Source: Yuukianura sp. NJ FZ-2021
Taxonomy: Eukaryota
Length of the DNA stretch: 64,000 bases
NCBI GenBank assembly: GCA_046563655.1
Contig: CM102284.1
Span: 4,960,001-5,024,000, forward strand
Reading direction: 5' to 3'
The notes beneath the pieces are model-generated. The model was given only the letters and a program-made list of their open reading frames with translations. It made no database searches and had not been told where the DNA came from. How positions within the stretch are numbered: the first letter of the stretch is position 1; each line of letters opens with the position of its first letter. Shown piece by piece: positions 25,388 to 39,000 of the stretch. A program made the translations under genes and the position numbers.

Positions 25388-27305
25388 TCAGTAAGTTTTT
25401 GGCACAGTTCTGAGGATGAAAACGTCACTGGAGGCACGATATTTTCGACTGTTGGGTTCCTTGAAGAATCCACCAAACAAAATGATTTCGGATCTTCCTG
25501 TTACAACTGCATATAAAAAGCGTTCTCCGGGTCTTGTCCAGTTCGGAACGATTTCAGTTGTCCATTCAACCGTGTGCTCACTCAAAACCTTTCGGAATTA
25601 AGAAAAAGTTTCAGCCTCTCATTTAAAAAAAGTTTTCAGGTGAGTGATGACTAACCTTTGAAATATCCAGGGAATACATTGGCATAGATGGTGACAGAGT
25701 AGACAATTTCCAGCCGTTGTGCATGGAATCTGACGTAGAATTGGTTTGATTAGAACCCACTTCTCTGGAATCTTCAAAGGCCATTTGCTGATAGACTAGT
25801 GGTAGCTGATGACCATCGAAATGAAGGAGAGTCATATAGGGCGATATTGTAGAAATTTGTTGAAAAAATACTATAGAGTCTCCCACCTATCGTCAATTTA
25901 ATTATAAATTACTTTTTACAAAACATTATTGAAAATATTTTCGAAAAACTTACCCTGCATCCGGAATAGTGGAAAGGAGACCGTGAACCTTCTGCGGGAT
26001 TAGAAATTGTCAATGGTTTCCAAATTCCTGTCGTTTGGTTTGTGTGATTCGTCCTTAACGTTAGGAGCCAAATATCGTTGAAAATTCGTTTCGGACCATC
26101 GCAACCTCCAATGATCAGGATATGAGATTCATCCAGTGCCACTTGAGTCTGTCCATACCTTGGTGCTGGAATCCCATTTTTATTAAATTTGGGGTCAATT
26201 ATCACTTTATACCAATCTTGAGCATTAAAATCAAAGACCCAAACGTCGTTGGTAACGGGATATTGCTGGTTTAGGAGGTCGTACGTCCTACCTCCGAAAA
26301 TCACCATTTCATCCCCAAAACATGAACATGAATGACCTAAGATTAAAAAAACCTTCAAAAATTTGTACTGTTGCCGCAATATTTCAAGATAGAAAATCGG
26401 GTTCACCTGCCATGGGTGGTGGATTGCAAGACCCCAAGATATAAGTCCACGTACTACTTTTGAGATTGAAACTATGTAATTCGTCAAATAATCTCCAAGG
26501 CTGCAAACAAAAACGTTAAGTTAGGTATGGTTTCAGATTCCGAACAGTTAAGGCTTCGATAATGGCAATTACTGTAACAAGTGGCGAAGAAGAAGTGTAC
26601 GTCCACCCTCCAAACAAGTATATGTGATGTTTATGTTGGACGCAAGAAGCAAAAGCTTTAGGTGACGGATACTTTCCATGAGAAATTACTCGTGACCAAC
26701 TTCGAGAACCAAGGTCGAACTTCCACATGTCGTTGAAAGTAGTTTTGCGATGCGTTGAGCCTCCAATTACGTATAACGCCTTATCTATACTGCAAAATAT
26801 TTTAAATACAATCAAACAACTATTCCAATTTAAACGGAAGAGGGAGGACATGTAATGGAGTGAGTACTTGCCATAATAGCAAGCCATTTGGCCAAATCGT
26901 TCTTGCGGCCAAGCTCCAGAACGGGAATGATGAAATCCATTACTTCCGGAATGCATTAAGCACTGCAATCGACCACTAGTTATCGACTGACGAAATTCAG
27001 TTTTCATCCCATGAACAGTATCTAAGAAACAAAACGAAAAGACCTAATTAAAAAGCCTTCTAAAATCAGAATTTCGAAACGTGAGGTGTACCTTTCGCTA
27101 AACGATTCCAACGTGTAGATACAATGCCCACGGCTTCCAGGTCTTGGTATGGCGAAAGCCGTAAGAACAAGTTTTCCAAAACTTCATCCGGAAGATCATC
27201 AATATTACAAGCGGAGGTTCCACATCCGTCACCCTCGCCACCATTGCACATTACGTCAGCATCTATTTCTTCCACGTCAGGCGATACTTCCATTTCCATG
27301 TCCAT
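25388..27305 (-). CDS. FBXO42: F-box only protein 42 (F-box + Kelch repeats)
   Basis: IDDLPDEVLENLFLRLSPYQDL F-box; Kelch GG motifs (LYVIGG...TTFNDMWKFDL, YPSPKAFAS, YLFGGW, PAPRYGQTQVALD, IILFGG). Confidence 0.9.
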
Positions 27306-28305
27306 GAGAGCACGATTAGATTCTGTCGACAAACAAGAAACAAGTAATTTTACGCTTGGTTTATGCTTTCATCAGTACTTTGATTTAAAATTAAATTGAA
27401 TTACATTGAAGCTGAACGTCTTGGTACGAAACAGTTTCAATTCTTTCCCTTACAACATACAAACCGTTCACTCCAGCATACCAGTGCTTCAGGTTAAAAT
27501 TTAATATTTTTACCTTCAATGTTGCTTACCAAAATGACAACTACCAGTCAAGATCATGTAAATGTTAAATTCCAATGCACTTCAAGTAGTTTTACCGACT
27601 GAATCGTTACAGAGATAACACGAACGACAGTTAATTTGAATTTAGTGAGGTGAAAAGTAGATCTGTAAAATTAAAACTGTTCTTATTTGTTTGTTTTTGC
27701 TGTTCTTTTCGAATATTTTTCAAATCCGCCACCTATCTTTTTTCATTTTTCGAATTTGAGAATTGAGATTAGCATGAAAGGATTTAACAGGATTGTTTTG
27801 GTTCGAATTTCAAAAATGAACGCGGGAAGAATTTTGCTATTAGATGGTTGAGATTAATTTTTGTTTTGTGTTTTGTTTTTAATTTTTCGTTCAAATTCAA
27901 AGCATCATTGTTTTGTTCCGTTAATTATGAATTGGTGTTAATTAGTTCGTTGGTTTTGCAAATTTCGTTAGCACAGTCAGGATCAGGAACTACGCAAAAC
28001 GCTAACACTGCTGTTCCGCTCAAATACCGAAACTCTATAGGTAGGTAATTAGAAAAATTACGTTCCCATTACGAAATTTTACTTGGATCATGTAGTACCT
28101 TTGTATGTGATTTATTTTATGTACGTCTACAAAAGAATAATATTATAACTTAATTTTAAGGCTTAAGTACTCCGTGGTGGGAGATTATATTTTCTTCATT
28201 TTAGAAGTTCATTGGTGATGATGATGATAAATCAATGGACCTGACCTACATAACTTTGTATCTTTACAGATTGTATTGCTTCTTACCAACTAAAGAATCG
28301 TCGTG

Positions 28306-29618
28306 ATGAAAAGAATGAAGAGACAGCTGACCCCGACAAATAACGTCAAGTTGCGGATGGAGCTAATCAAGAAAAAGCACATGTTGTGGTCGATGGATCA
28401 AAATGTAGGCAGTACATCACCGCCTCCCCGGCAGTCGAAACCTGCTGCGGAACCCATTTCGGATTGTGAATCAGATGATTCCGACAGTTTCAATCCAAGC
28501 AGAAATATGAACTGGAGGACAAACTCATTTCAGAGGAGGCGAAAGAGTCTTTTCCATGACACAATTCTGGATACGACGGAGAGCATCTCCATCACTTTGA
28601 AATTACCGGAACCTTCACCAGCAGTAGCAGCTAACAACGATTCAGACAGCGACACGACTATTCCGATACCTCATCGTGTCGAATTCCGACGTCAATTGTC
28701 AGTTGAACCTCAATTGCCAGTTGAATCGCTATTTCCAGTTGAAGCTCCCCATGGTTCTCCCGACAAAGATACTGTTGTGATTCAAAATGGACATTCTTCT
28801 AGCGATGAAGCATCGATTGAAGATGACGAACACGACAACATCTTCCACGACACTGATGACAGCCACGGGGAATCTCCTTGCATGTTCGATGGAGGGAACA
28901 AACGGAATCTTCGTGACGTTGAACCAGTATCTCATTCAGCGAGTTTGCGCCAACAAGGAAACAACGGTAACCCGACAAACTGTGACTTAAGAAGTGTCAG
29001 ATTATTCGTTCAATGTTTCATAATTCAATTGATTTGTAGAGACAACAATCCGTGTAGCCGAAAACTGTTATTCGCCAGGAGCATTCAAGTACAAGTTCCT
29101 CGTGGATTCCGTGATTCAAGAAGTTTCTAATTTTACCAACTACGAATCCGAGTATGTTTACTTTTCTGCGGAGTATCTTCAGGACGATCGTCCAGTAACT
29201 ATTCGGAAGGATGAGGTGGTCTGGACTGAAGAGTATCCTGGATGTAACGTCTCTCGCTCAAAAATAACTGACACCATTTCGGGACTTATGAAAATATCGC
29301 CAAGGACAATTCGTCCATTTTCACGTGTAGAATCCAAACAACCAATGGTATACTGATCAATTTTTTGGCACTTCACTTATCTCTTACCAACTCAAATCTG
29401 TGATTTTTTTTCAGCACATTGTAGTAATCAACGGCGAAATTACGTTGAAGGCCAACTTCGTATGTAGGACGGTGAGCCAGGACAAGCAGTACGCACTGGA
29501 GAGGATAGTGTTCAAAACTGGAGAAATTATTATTCTGCGTGGGGGATCTTGGTTCTCCTTGGAAAATCACACTGCCAATACTGTCGATCTATCATATTCA
29601 TTCTTTGACGTGATCTAA
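28306..29618 (+). CDS. Disordered protein with C-terminal cupin domain, CENP-C/Mif2-like (exons ~28306-28966, 29040-29347, 29415-29618)
   Basis: Pattern SGLMKISP...HIVVINGEITL...FKTGEIIILRGGSWFSLEN...VDLSY matches the CENP-C cupin layout; in-frame GT-AG splicing. Confidence 0.6.
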
Positions 29619-29804
29619 ACTTATAATGCCTAAGGAAATTAGTATAACTTTGTAAGTTTTTTACGTGATTTAACAGTCTTATACTTACCATAATAGTTTT
29701 ATTTCTTACCGGCCTTGGCCAAAAGTGTACATAAATTAACTCCAACACTTCTGACGATCAGTACGTAGTATTTATACGCAGTTTTATGCCTTTTCATTGC
29801 GCAA

Positions 29805-32800
29805 TCACGCTGCAGCCTTGCAATTGCGGAAGTATCGGTTCAAGTATAGGTGTTGAGCCTTGGTTTCCAGTGCCGTCAACTCGGCCAAAGACGACGCCGT
29901 CTGGTTGAGGTGATAGGCAGTCCCGGGTTCTGAAAAAGAAAATTTAGATTAACTTTGGTAAATACTAAGCACTGGGGTCATTGTTTCTTTAACTAAGGTC
30001 ATCGCTAGTTAACAGTTTAACGATGTACTTACGGAGCTCCTTTCGTTTTTGACCGTAGACGACCTTTCCGTCAAATTCATCCGAAGGCACGTCTATGTCC
30101 GTTCCAACATGTTGGATGGTCACTCCAAGATGTTCCTCGACATCAGCCAAGCACTAGTTACGTAAAAAGTGAAAAAATGACGATTTTGACAATTCAGTTA
30201 GTAAAATTAATGTTAAGTGTAAACATACTTGCATCTCGTTGTACCAGATACAGCAACCCCGTTGATTTGTGAGATTCGTATTGAAACAGCCTTTCCCTTT
30301 CGATGGGCACCATTGACCATGATACCAAACCTGAATTGTCAAGTTGGGTTTTAATATATTAATATTAATTAACGCAATATAAATATTTAAATATTAATGT
30401 TAATGAAATAGCACGTCGTGTTTCCATACCTTTTCTGGAACAGTTGAAACCAACGAAATGGCAAGGCCCATTCTCTCTGCTCTTCCGACTCTTCCAATCC
30501 GGTGGACATAGTTAGTCTTCTCATCCGGTAAAGTAATATTGATCACTGCAGATTAACAATAGTTTTTTTTAAAGTTTAGACTAATTGAGACCATTATAAT
30601 TTGATATTTAATTCACTTACTAAATGGAACCCCACTGACATCAATCCCTCTTGCAGCCACGTCAGTACAAATGAGAAACTTGACAGCTTTTCGTTTGAAC
30701 TTTTCCAAGTTGTCCTTCCTCTCCTGTGGACTCCTGTCAGCATGTAAACAGACACAACTGTATGGATTGTTCCTGTTAGCAGCCCCTCCTCCACGACTAT
30801 TCAAGAATGACTCCAGGTTGTCACAGTCCAATTTGGTTCGACAAAAGATAATTGCTTGGTCCATCTTGTGAGCGTCAATGGCTCGGAGGCAGTACTTTGC
30901 TTTGAGAATCTTTGTTGCTTCGGATAAACTTTCTGGAGTAAGTTTTCCAGGTCCTACGTTGTCCCTAGCATGTACACCGTCTGTTATGATGTGCTGAGCC
31001 GTAGAATGCCAAAGAGTGTCTTTCCGAGGGTCAACTGGAACGACAACGTGATGAACAGTTTCGGGAACAGAATCTTCTCCTTTCAGATCCACCCAGGTCG
31101 GAAAGTGCATCAGTTTATCCTAAAATATTTGGAACATTTTGGATTCTTGGAGAATCAAACCTCCGAGATTTCTTGGAGAGAATAAACTTACTGCAAGTTT
31201 TTTCACTTCAAAGTCGTGGAGAGTTGCACTGCAAACGATCATCTGTAAACGTTTTCCATCTGTTGTCATCTTCGGAATTTGTTGGTGCATGCGATTAATA
31301 AGGGCTCCGCAGCCCTTATCTTTCAGGAGTCCATCGGCTTCGTCCAGCACAAAAAATCTGCACTGATTCAGCGCTAATTCACCGGATCCTATCAAGTCCT
31401 CCAGCCTTCCAGGTGTGGCTACGATAATATCGACCTATAAATAACAATAAAAAGTTGAGACATTGTGCAATTTTCAATTAAAAATGTTAAGTACTCACCC
31501 CTTGCTGAAGTGCATTGATTTGTTCCTTGACTGAAACTCCGCCAACGAGCAGCAATTCTCGAATAGATGGAGAGTTCAAGTACTTCTGGAAACTCCGGAT
31601 TCCATTGTACGTCTGGTCTGCCAATTCTCTAGAGGGCTGAAAATTCAAAAATGAAATGAGTACAACGTTTTCAACATTTGAAAGTGAACGCGGCTTAAAA
31701 GTGAACGCGGCATGAATAAAACTTACTTCGATAATGATCGCTTGCGGTGCATTGGTAAGCTTTGTGGGTTTCTTCGGAGCGTCGCGGCCAATAGTGTTTA
31801 CTTTCACGTTGTTGGTTGGAGCTTGACATACCGGAAGAAATCCAGTCGGTGGCTCATGCTTGAACTTTTCCTCGCCAAAATTGAATTGCATCTCGGCATT
31901 TTTGAGGACAACTGCTGGATAGAAAACTTCATTTCGTAGTTGATGAGGAATGGAAAAAGCAAGACCCAAGTTTACTCCATTTTTGGTAAAAAATATTTCA
32001 AATTGGTCCAAGTCGAGACATGCACCGATGACATCACTTTTTCCAAAAGGTTCGCCATAGTCGTCAAAACTCTTGTTGTGAGACTTCTTTCCAGTTCCTC
32101 CGAATCCAAAACTGAAACGATCGGTTCCCAAGTCCAGAACGGCCTAAAACGTAGACGTTCTACTTAAAATGCTGTTAATTGATCTTGTCATAAGTGACAG
32201 GCGCTGGTGTTATTACTTGTTGTGTGGACCATCCGATGCGACAGAGGCCTTCATCAGCAACGACTGCCTCGAAATAGAACTTCCCTTTGCCATAAACGCC
32301 TTTTGTAGCTCTTGTCCCATGCCATATCTTCTGGTCTCTTGATTGACAGCGAAGTCCGTCCGGTGTTATCGCCAAGGCTGAACCTCTATCATACGTTGAC
32401 AAACCCCACTTGCAGCTACCTGTCAAGAAAAAAATCAGCAAAGTTAAGCAATGAAAAATGCAAAACTTGCTTTAGATCTGCAGTAATTAAGCGTTGCACT
32501 TACTAATACTTGCTGCTGCAGCAGTATGCCCCCGAACCGGTCCTTCCTTTAATTCCTTCAGCGTTTCCCATACACTTTGCAGAATAGGTAAGCAAAAGGC
32601 TCCAGTTTTCCCCGATCCCGTTTCAGCCGCCATGAGTACATCTCCACCTCCAAGAATAAGCGGTATTGCTTCTGCTTGAACGTCGGTTGGCAACCTGTGT
32701 AAAGGAACCAGTGTACATTTAATTCGCATTACGTTTTCATGTTTATTATGCTGTTGATGACTGGTGAAGAAAGTAAACCTACGTCCAATCCATTTCTGCA

Positions 32801-32917
32801 ACGGCTTTTGCAATTTCCGGGAGTACTCCCATTTCTAACAAAAATCAAACTCTATTTATGCTTGCTTATTAATTAGTAAACCACTATAAGGTCATCATTA
32901 CCTTCAAAAGCTGTCAT
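29805..32917 (-). CDS. DDX1: ATP-dependent RNA helicase DDX1 (DEAD box with SPRY insertion)
   Basis: [48 protein letters not shown] domain, [29 protein letters not shown]. Confidence 0.97.
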
Positions 32918-33082
32918 GATTGTTTTCGTTGTCGCTCAATTCGAATTCACTACCAAAGGCAAATATGATAATAACAGGAATTAGAAAGTACAATTTACTC
33001 ATGTAAAGATTAATCAAGCAAAACAAACATTTAAATTAGTCACCTTAGAACGATGGGAATATTAGTGGAAGATTAACACCGA

Positions 33083-33250
33083 TTCTCGGTTACTGGATTG
33101 TGATGAACAGAAACAGCTGACCGGACACCCGACTCCCGACACACACACTGCAACATAAAAGTTGTTATCTCGTCTTTCGTATGCGCGTGCGGTGTGCCGG
33201 TTACAGTTGGTTCCCTCTCTGATGATCTTCTGTTTTCACTAATCCGAGAA
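33083..33250. ncRNA. Candidate structured RNA: long imperfect hairpin with box C/D-like motifs on the + strand
   Basis: Nested complementary segments ttctcgg/ccgagaa, ggattgtga/tcactaatcc, aacagaa/ttctgtt, cagctg/cagttg, accgg/ccggt, acacc/ggtgt; gtgatga near 33099 and ctga near 33219. Confidence 0.45.
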
Positions 33251-33529
33251 AGCAAAACGTAAACAAGTCATTTTTAACGATGAATGAAGTCCTAGTAATG
33301 AAATGACAGCCGTTTCAATAGTGTCAGTCAACTGTTCTCAACATTTATTTCTGACATGAAACATCTATAATTAATACAAACAATATTAAAACTCCAGATT
33401 CACCTTTACGTCGCCAGTTTGTGGATTTCGTTAGGGGTTGGGAGACCATGTAAATGATTACACAAACCAAACAAGCCACTTAAGGCTGAAGGTGATGTCT
33501 TATGTCCTTGGTCCCACGCATGGCTCCTT

Positions 33530-35169
33530 TTACAGTGCTACTCTCCTCATTCTTCGAATATGTCTGTCCTGGTCACGAAGTTTCTTTTCCAGTTCTGCTT
33601 CCGTCAGCGTCTCTATGAAAGGCGCCCACTGATCAACAACTGAAGGGTTCCTGAAAGGTGGATTTGCAACTTGCTGCTCTATAGGCAGACCTCGAGCCTT
33701 TTGCTGCCAAGAGAGTTGACCTTGATTTAGAAATAATGAATTATAACTCTGTCAAATGAAACGAAAGTGATTGTTCAGGATTTTTGGGAAAAATTACCAC
33801 GAAGGGAGTATGAGATTGCTGTAACGAATTCCCCGCTCAACCCCATTTCTTGACACAGTTTCATAGCGAACTTCTCAGGAGAATTTGCCTTCTCACTCAA
33901 ATCCCATTGAATTTGGTCCACCAGAGAAACGTTACCAATCTGAATGTTTAATTTGAGCGTGACACATTGCGGCTCAGTTGGAAGATCTTCTGCAGCTGGA
34001 GCAGCTTCAATTTGACTCCGAATTGAAGACGCAATTGGAACAGCAAATGTGAGGATATTTAGCCCGAGGTCTTGACACAAGGACTCGGCAAATTCTTCCG
34101 GAGTGATCAGTGTTTCATTTTTATTCCATACGAACGAGTCTCGAATCTTTTGACCTTCTATGTCCAGCTCAATACCTAAAAATCACAACAATTTAATGTC
34201 ACCAGAGTTTGTGAACCAACTACTAAGATATGCTGAAGTAAAAATCAATTGTGGCAATTACGAATTGGTACGAGTTCTTCCGGTTTGAGCGCGTTTTCGT
34301 CCACTGCTCTCGGATCCAAATCATCAATGCAGATCGGAAACATTCGTCGCCTCCGTCGATCTGAACGAGCACGACATATTGGAGTAGCTTGTGGAACTGG
34401 ATCCAGATGAATGCTGTATGAAAATCCGTGACTACCAAGGGTAGATTGCCGTGTTTTGATTTCCTTTGGTACTACAGGCTTCGTCACTTTTACTTCATCG
34501 AGTGGATCAGTCGTATTGGGTCCACCTCGTTTGTAAAAGTCTTCGTTTCCATCAATGATTTCATCGACTTCCGAGGCCAACAAAAGAGTTACTTGTGACA
34601 CTGTGGCGTATTTCCCCAGGCCTGCGCAGAACAAAATTAAGCGTTCCTGTGTCGTCAAGTACAAGCTGGCACAACCCTTGGTTGCATGTTAAACGTTAAA
34701 AACGTAACACTCGAACCTAGATCAAACAGCTTCTTTCGTTCATCTGTGGTCAAGGTTCTTCTTGTTAACCCGGGATACTTTTTATACAAATGGCCGCGGA
34801 AAACTTTGAGGTAGTTACCAACATCAGACCTGAGTGAGAAAACAAAACCCAAACGTTTGATTACGATTATTATGATTTATAAAGCAACAACATTAATAAC
34901 ACTGACAAGAAATTAAGCAATAGGTCGCCCTCGGAGAGTACGGCTAAGATTTAAAAGTGAAACGCACCCGATGCAGTAGAGTTCTCCTTTGTCGTCAAAT
35001 CTGAAACGGTATGGTCGGCCTCCGGAAGCTCTAAATGGAGACGTCCATAAAATCAAATAAAATTAATCACAAATCTTAAGCTCGATAATCGATTGCAAAT
35101 TCTAATACCGACCGGCCGACCGACACACAGTAAAGACAATTGTTTATATACGTACCTCAAGGGGCCCAT
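33530..35169 (-). CDS. SMARCB1: SWI/SNF core subunit SNF5/SMARCB1 (Snr1)-like
   Basis: Winged-helix N-terminus [22 protein letters not shown]; Rpt1 [22 protein letters not shown]; Rpt2 [21 protein letters not shown]-terminal [11 protein letters not shown]. Micro first exon ATG GGC CCC TTG AG|. Confidence 0.93.
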
Positions 35170-36087
35170 AACCTCCCACAATTAAAGTGCAGTTGAGTTA
35201 CCAAGTACAGTGAAATAGGTTTCGATTTGCAAGTGATCCTTGAAATGACGTTAACCTTTGACCTTTCTTTCGCTCAGCCGTTCTGCCTTTTAGTGATATT
35301 TTTGGAATTTGAAAATCTCAAACAAAAACAACACTCGATTTCACCGCCTTTCTCCTTGATTATTTTCTTGTATAGTGCGCGTGGATCGGTCTGTTTCGTG
35401 TATAGTGCGCGTAATATCCAATCGGATATCTGCCTATTAGGGAGACCCTAGAAAAAGGTGTCAGAAGCGAAAGGTGAAATTCTGTATGGTTCATCTCGGC
35501 TCGAAAATTTGAAACATAAATTTTGACAACTCAAAAAGTAAACATTTTTTTTTCTCCAAATAAAGTCAAGTGCTGCAACAAAATCAGTAGTGCAAGTGTT
35601 CTTCGATTGTTTGAGTGTAAAGTATTTTGGTAAATTCAATTTAAATCATCTGAAATTACTAATGTGAGTGAAAAATCTGCAGAACCTGACGAGTTGAATC
35701 CGAATCCGGTTCGAAATTTGTTGTCCAGGGACAGGGTGAGCACCTCATAGTAAAGGTGAGTGATCATCTGTATGGGTGATTGTGAATATTAGAGTTTTTT
35801 TTTGCATTACAAAGGTAGGCACAGAAAATTCCAAAAGCTGATTTTATAAGTACACCACATCAAGGTAACGACTAGACACGAGAAAGGCGTGCACTGAAAC
35901 AAAAGGTTTCATTTCAATGTTAGAGGTTGACGCCAGGCAATTAAATTAACCGCAACTGGCCTCATTAAACGTATGTGTCTCAGTTTAGTTACTTATGTGT
36001 TTTATTAAAGTGTTTTCACTCGGTTAGGTTTTGGAATTTGGATAGAACTTTAATTACTGTGGCTCTGTCTGGTTCTCAGATTACACT

Positions 36088-39000
36088 ATGCCGCCCGACG
36101 GACGAGGATTTTTCAGTAAAACCGTTGAACATTTGGCTCGCTGTTTGGCTGCTAATAAGGAGATATCGCCGTGGACAAAGGTAAGATCTGTTTTCCATAC
36201 TTCCACAAAGCTTCTTTGTGAACTTGCCTTTTACTCAATTTATTAATTACTGTTGAATTGTGCTTACAAAGGTGCTCAACCTCTACGACCTGTGTCCGAA
36301 ACCAAACGCTACCGGAGTATTTAGACCAGATGATAGAGCGTATGACTCAATCGTTGCCCTCGGAATTTTCTTTTTGGAGTCCGGGGTACGTCAGTTTGCG
36401 TAGCTTTAGCAAGACGCTGCGAATGACAAGGTTTTCTTTTCTTTACAGCTTCAACATCATGATAAAATATACCCATATTTTGTCCAACTCTTTGAAGGCT
36501 TGCCACGGGCTCAATGGGCACAAAATAATTCCAATCAAAGTGAGTAACAAGATGACACACTTATTTAAAAGCAGTACAAAAACAATTACGTTTGCAGGAA
36601 TTCCCATGGCGGAACAACTGGCTTTCGTTTTGACAACACTTCTGACGGATATTGCACTTCTGGATGCATCAGTTCGAGAAGAAGTGTTTGAATGTCAACT
36701 GAAAGTGCTAAATCACGTCGCTTCGATTATAATCGAATCTGTCAATTCCGCGGCACACGTTGACAAAAACAAGAAAGGTTAATTTACATTTTGTTCTTTG
36801 ATCAAATTAGATCAAAAACTGAATTTTCTTTTGCAGTATTATTGGTTCGGACCCATTTTCCAATTTTCCTTGGAATTGCAAGAGGATTTGGACGCTTCAT
36901 TGACTGCTCCAGTAGCAATTCGACTCTATTTTCACTTATTTTTCCCAAACCACTTCCACCAGCAGTGAGTCAACTGAGTGAAAACGAAAATTTGAGTAAA
37001 ACATTTCGTTCGGTCATTCCGAGGTCAATGTCTACCGTCGTTGGATTTCCACTGGGGTCATCTGCTACAAATGCAGATTCTGTCTCAAAGTAAGTAACTC
37101 ACTTGCATTGTGTAGGAAAAGCTGCAAAAAATGTTTGAAAAACGTTTCGACTTGCATTACAGGTTCTTTATTCCCGTTTCTCAAAATGCGTCAGGAAATT
37201 ACTCAGCTTTGTTCTGGAAACCGGGATCGTCGTACTCATCTTCCAAACGAGAAGCACCACGAGTTGAACTTTCCCTCAGTACTTTACAGGTATGAAAAAT
37301 GCTATTAATTGAGCACCATCCTCACAGACTGTTAGTTGTTAAGCCCTTGAACTTGCCTAGAATTACACTTTTTACTATTGCCTTTTTCAGACGGTGCTGT
37401 CAATTTGTAAAAGTGTGCTAGAACCAACAGTATTAAACGCATTAGATGCTTGGATCAACGAAGTACGATCGTTTCAATCAGAAACTTCTTTGTGCTACCA
37501 GTAAGTTGAACTCTACTTTTTTAAAGCTTAATCAGTTCTCGCGGATTCAGAATTTTGATTTTCATTAGCGACATTGTCGTATTTTCAGAACAGCCAGTGA
37601 TGTCCTGAACCTAGTCGTTGTATCTCTACTTAAAGAGTGCTTGGGAGCCAGAGGTGGATTGAGGGGAGAATTTACCAAAGAGGTTAGATTTATGTCAACT
37701 TCTAAAATTGTTCAAACCAATTAATGGTAGAAAGCTTTTGTTTTAATTTTCAGGTTCAAGAATTTGTAAAAGGACTATTTTTGTCTGGTCAAACCGAGTT
37801 AATACGCTATACTCGTCTGGCAGCTGCGGTAAATGAAGCTATTTTTGGGATTAATCGAGTCATATTTTTACATTGCCTTTCATTTTCAGGAATCGGAAAT
37901 TGAGAGACCAGTGACCAAGTTTTGGATGAATGTTCAAGCAAATGCGAACTGTATAGAGCTTTTAGTTTGGGCTATTGGAGACGAATCTGGTACCCTTCTA
38001 ACTTTCTAACTTTTTTTTAATTATAAGGATTTTCATTTTGAATTTAAAACTTTAGGTGCGGATAGTCTAGCGTCTCGTCTCAATGAGAAAATTCATGATG
38101 GAAGAGCTTACAGATCGGCGATGGCTCACATGCCTCTTTTGATTGTCTGTCTTCAGGTGAGAAATAATTCAAGATTGGTTGTTCAATTAGTTTCCATAAC
38201 TTTAACTTTGTTCTTTTTAACATTCGCAGGGTTTAGGTGGTCTGTCTGTGAAATTTCCAACAATTGCTTCATCATGTGTGCAGTACCTCAAAGATTTCTT
38301 GATCAACCCTAGTCCGATTCTGGTTGGTCTTTACACAAAGAAAGGTAAAAATTGGACAACTATGAATCTTTGTTCGAATGTCAAAAACACTGAATTTTTG
38401 TAGAAAGCGCAGCGAAAGTTGCAGAAGTTGGAAAAGAAGGGATAACTGGAGATGCGTTCCATAAGCTTCGGGATGTTGCAATTGAGAATTTGTGTCACGC
38501 TCTAAAATCTGGAGTCACCGTGGATCCAAATTGTGTCCAAGCCTTTCTTGCATCAGTTTCCAATCGAGTTTTTATGGCAGAGAAGGAGTTTGTGTGAGTA
38601 TAATTCAGATTATACTCAGTATAAGTTAAAAGTTAAAACAAGTTTCAACTGATTTTGGCTAAAACTTGGTTTAGGAAGGACAAGGCAACTGGAGAATTGA
38701 CATATTCAGACAACACACTCCTGGTTCTGACAAACGCCATCGTCATGCTGGGTCATGTTGCAATTTCTTTGAGAGATACCCCGAAAGCTACAGCGTCTGT
38801 ATTCAGATTTCTGCAGCAGCGGGTCGGAGAAATGCCAGCAGTATTGGATACACTCATTGTGGATCAATTGGCTTGCATGGTCATTGCGAAATGCGAGGTA
38901 AAGCTTTTAAGCAGTAAAAACTTAACCTAAAACCTTTGAAAATGAAATACTTTATGTGTTTTTTGAATTCTAGGATGCTGTTTATGATGAAATTTTAAAA

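Noticed and set aside
33215..33256. Hammerhead ribozyme (ctgatga ... gaaa)
   Set aside because: Stem II is only 2 bp and no stems I/III with a cleavage triplet could be built.
35031..35048. ATG at 35048 as SNF5 start
   Set aside because: Out of frame with an immediate stop; it lies in the intron after the micro-exon starting at 35169.
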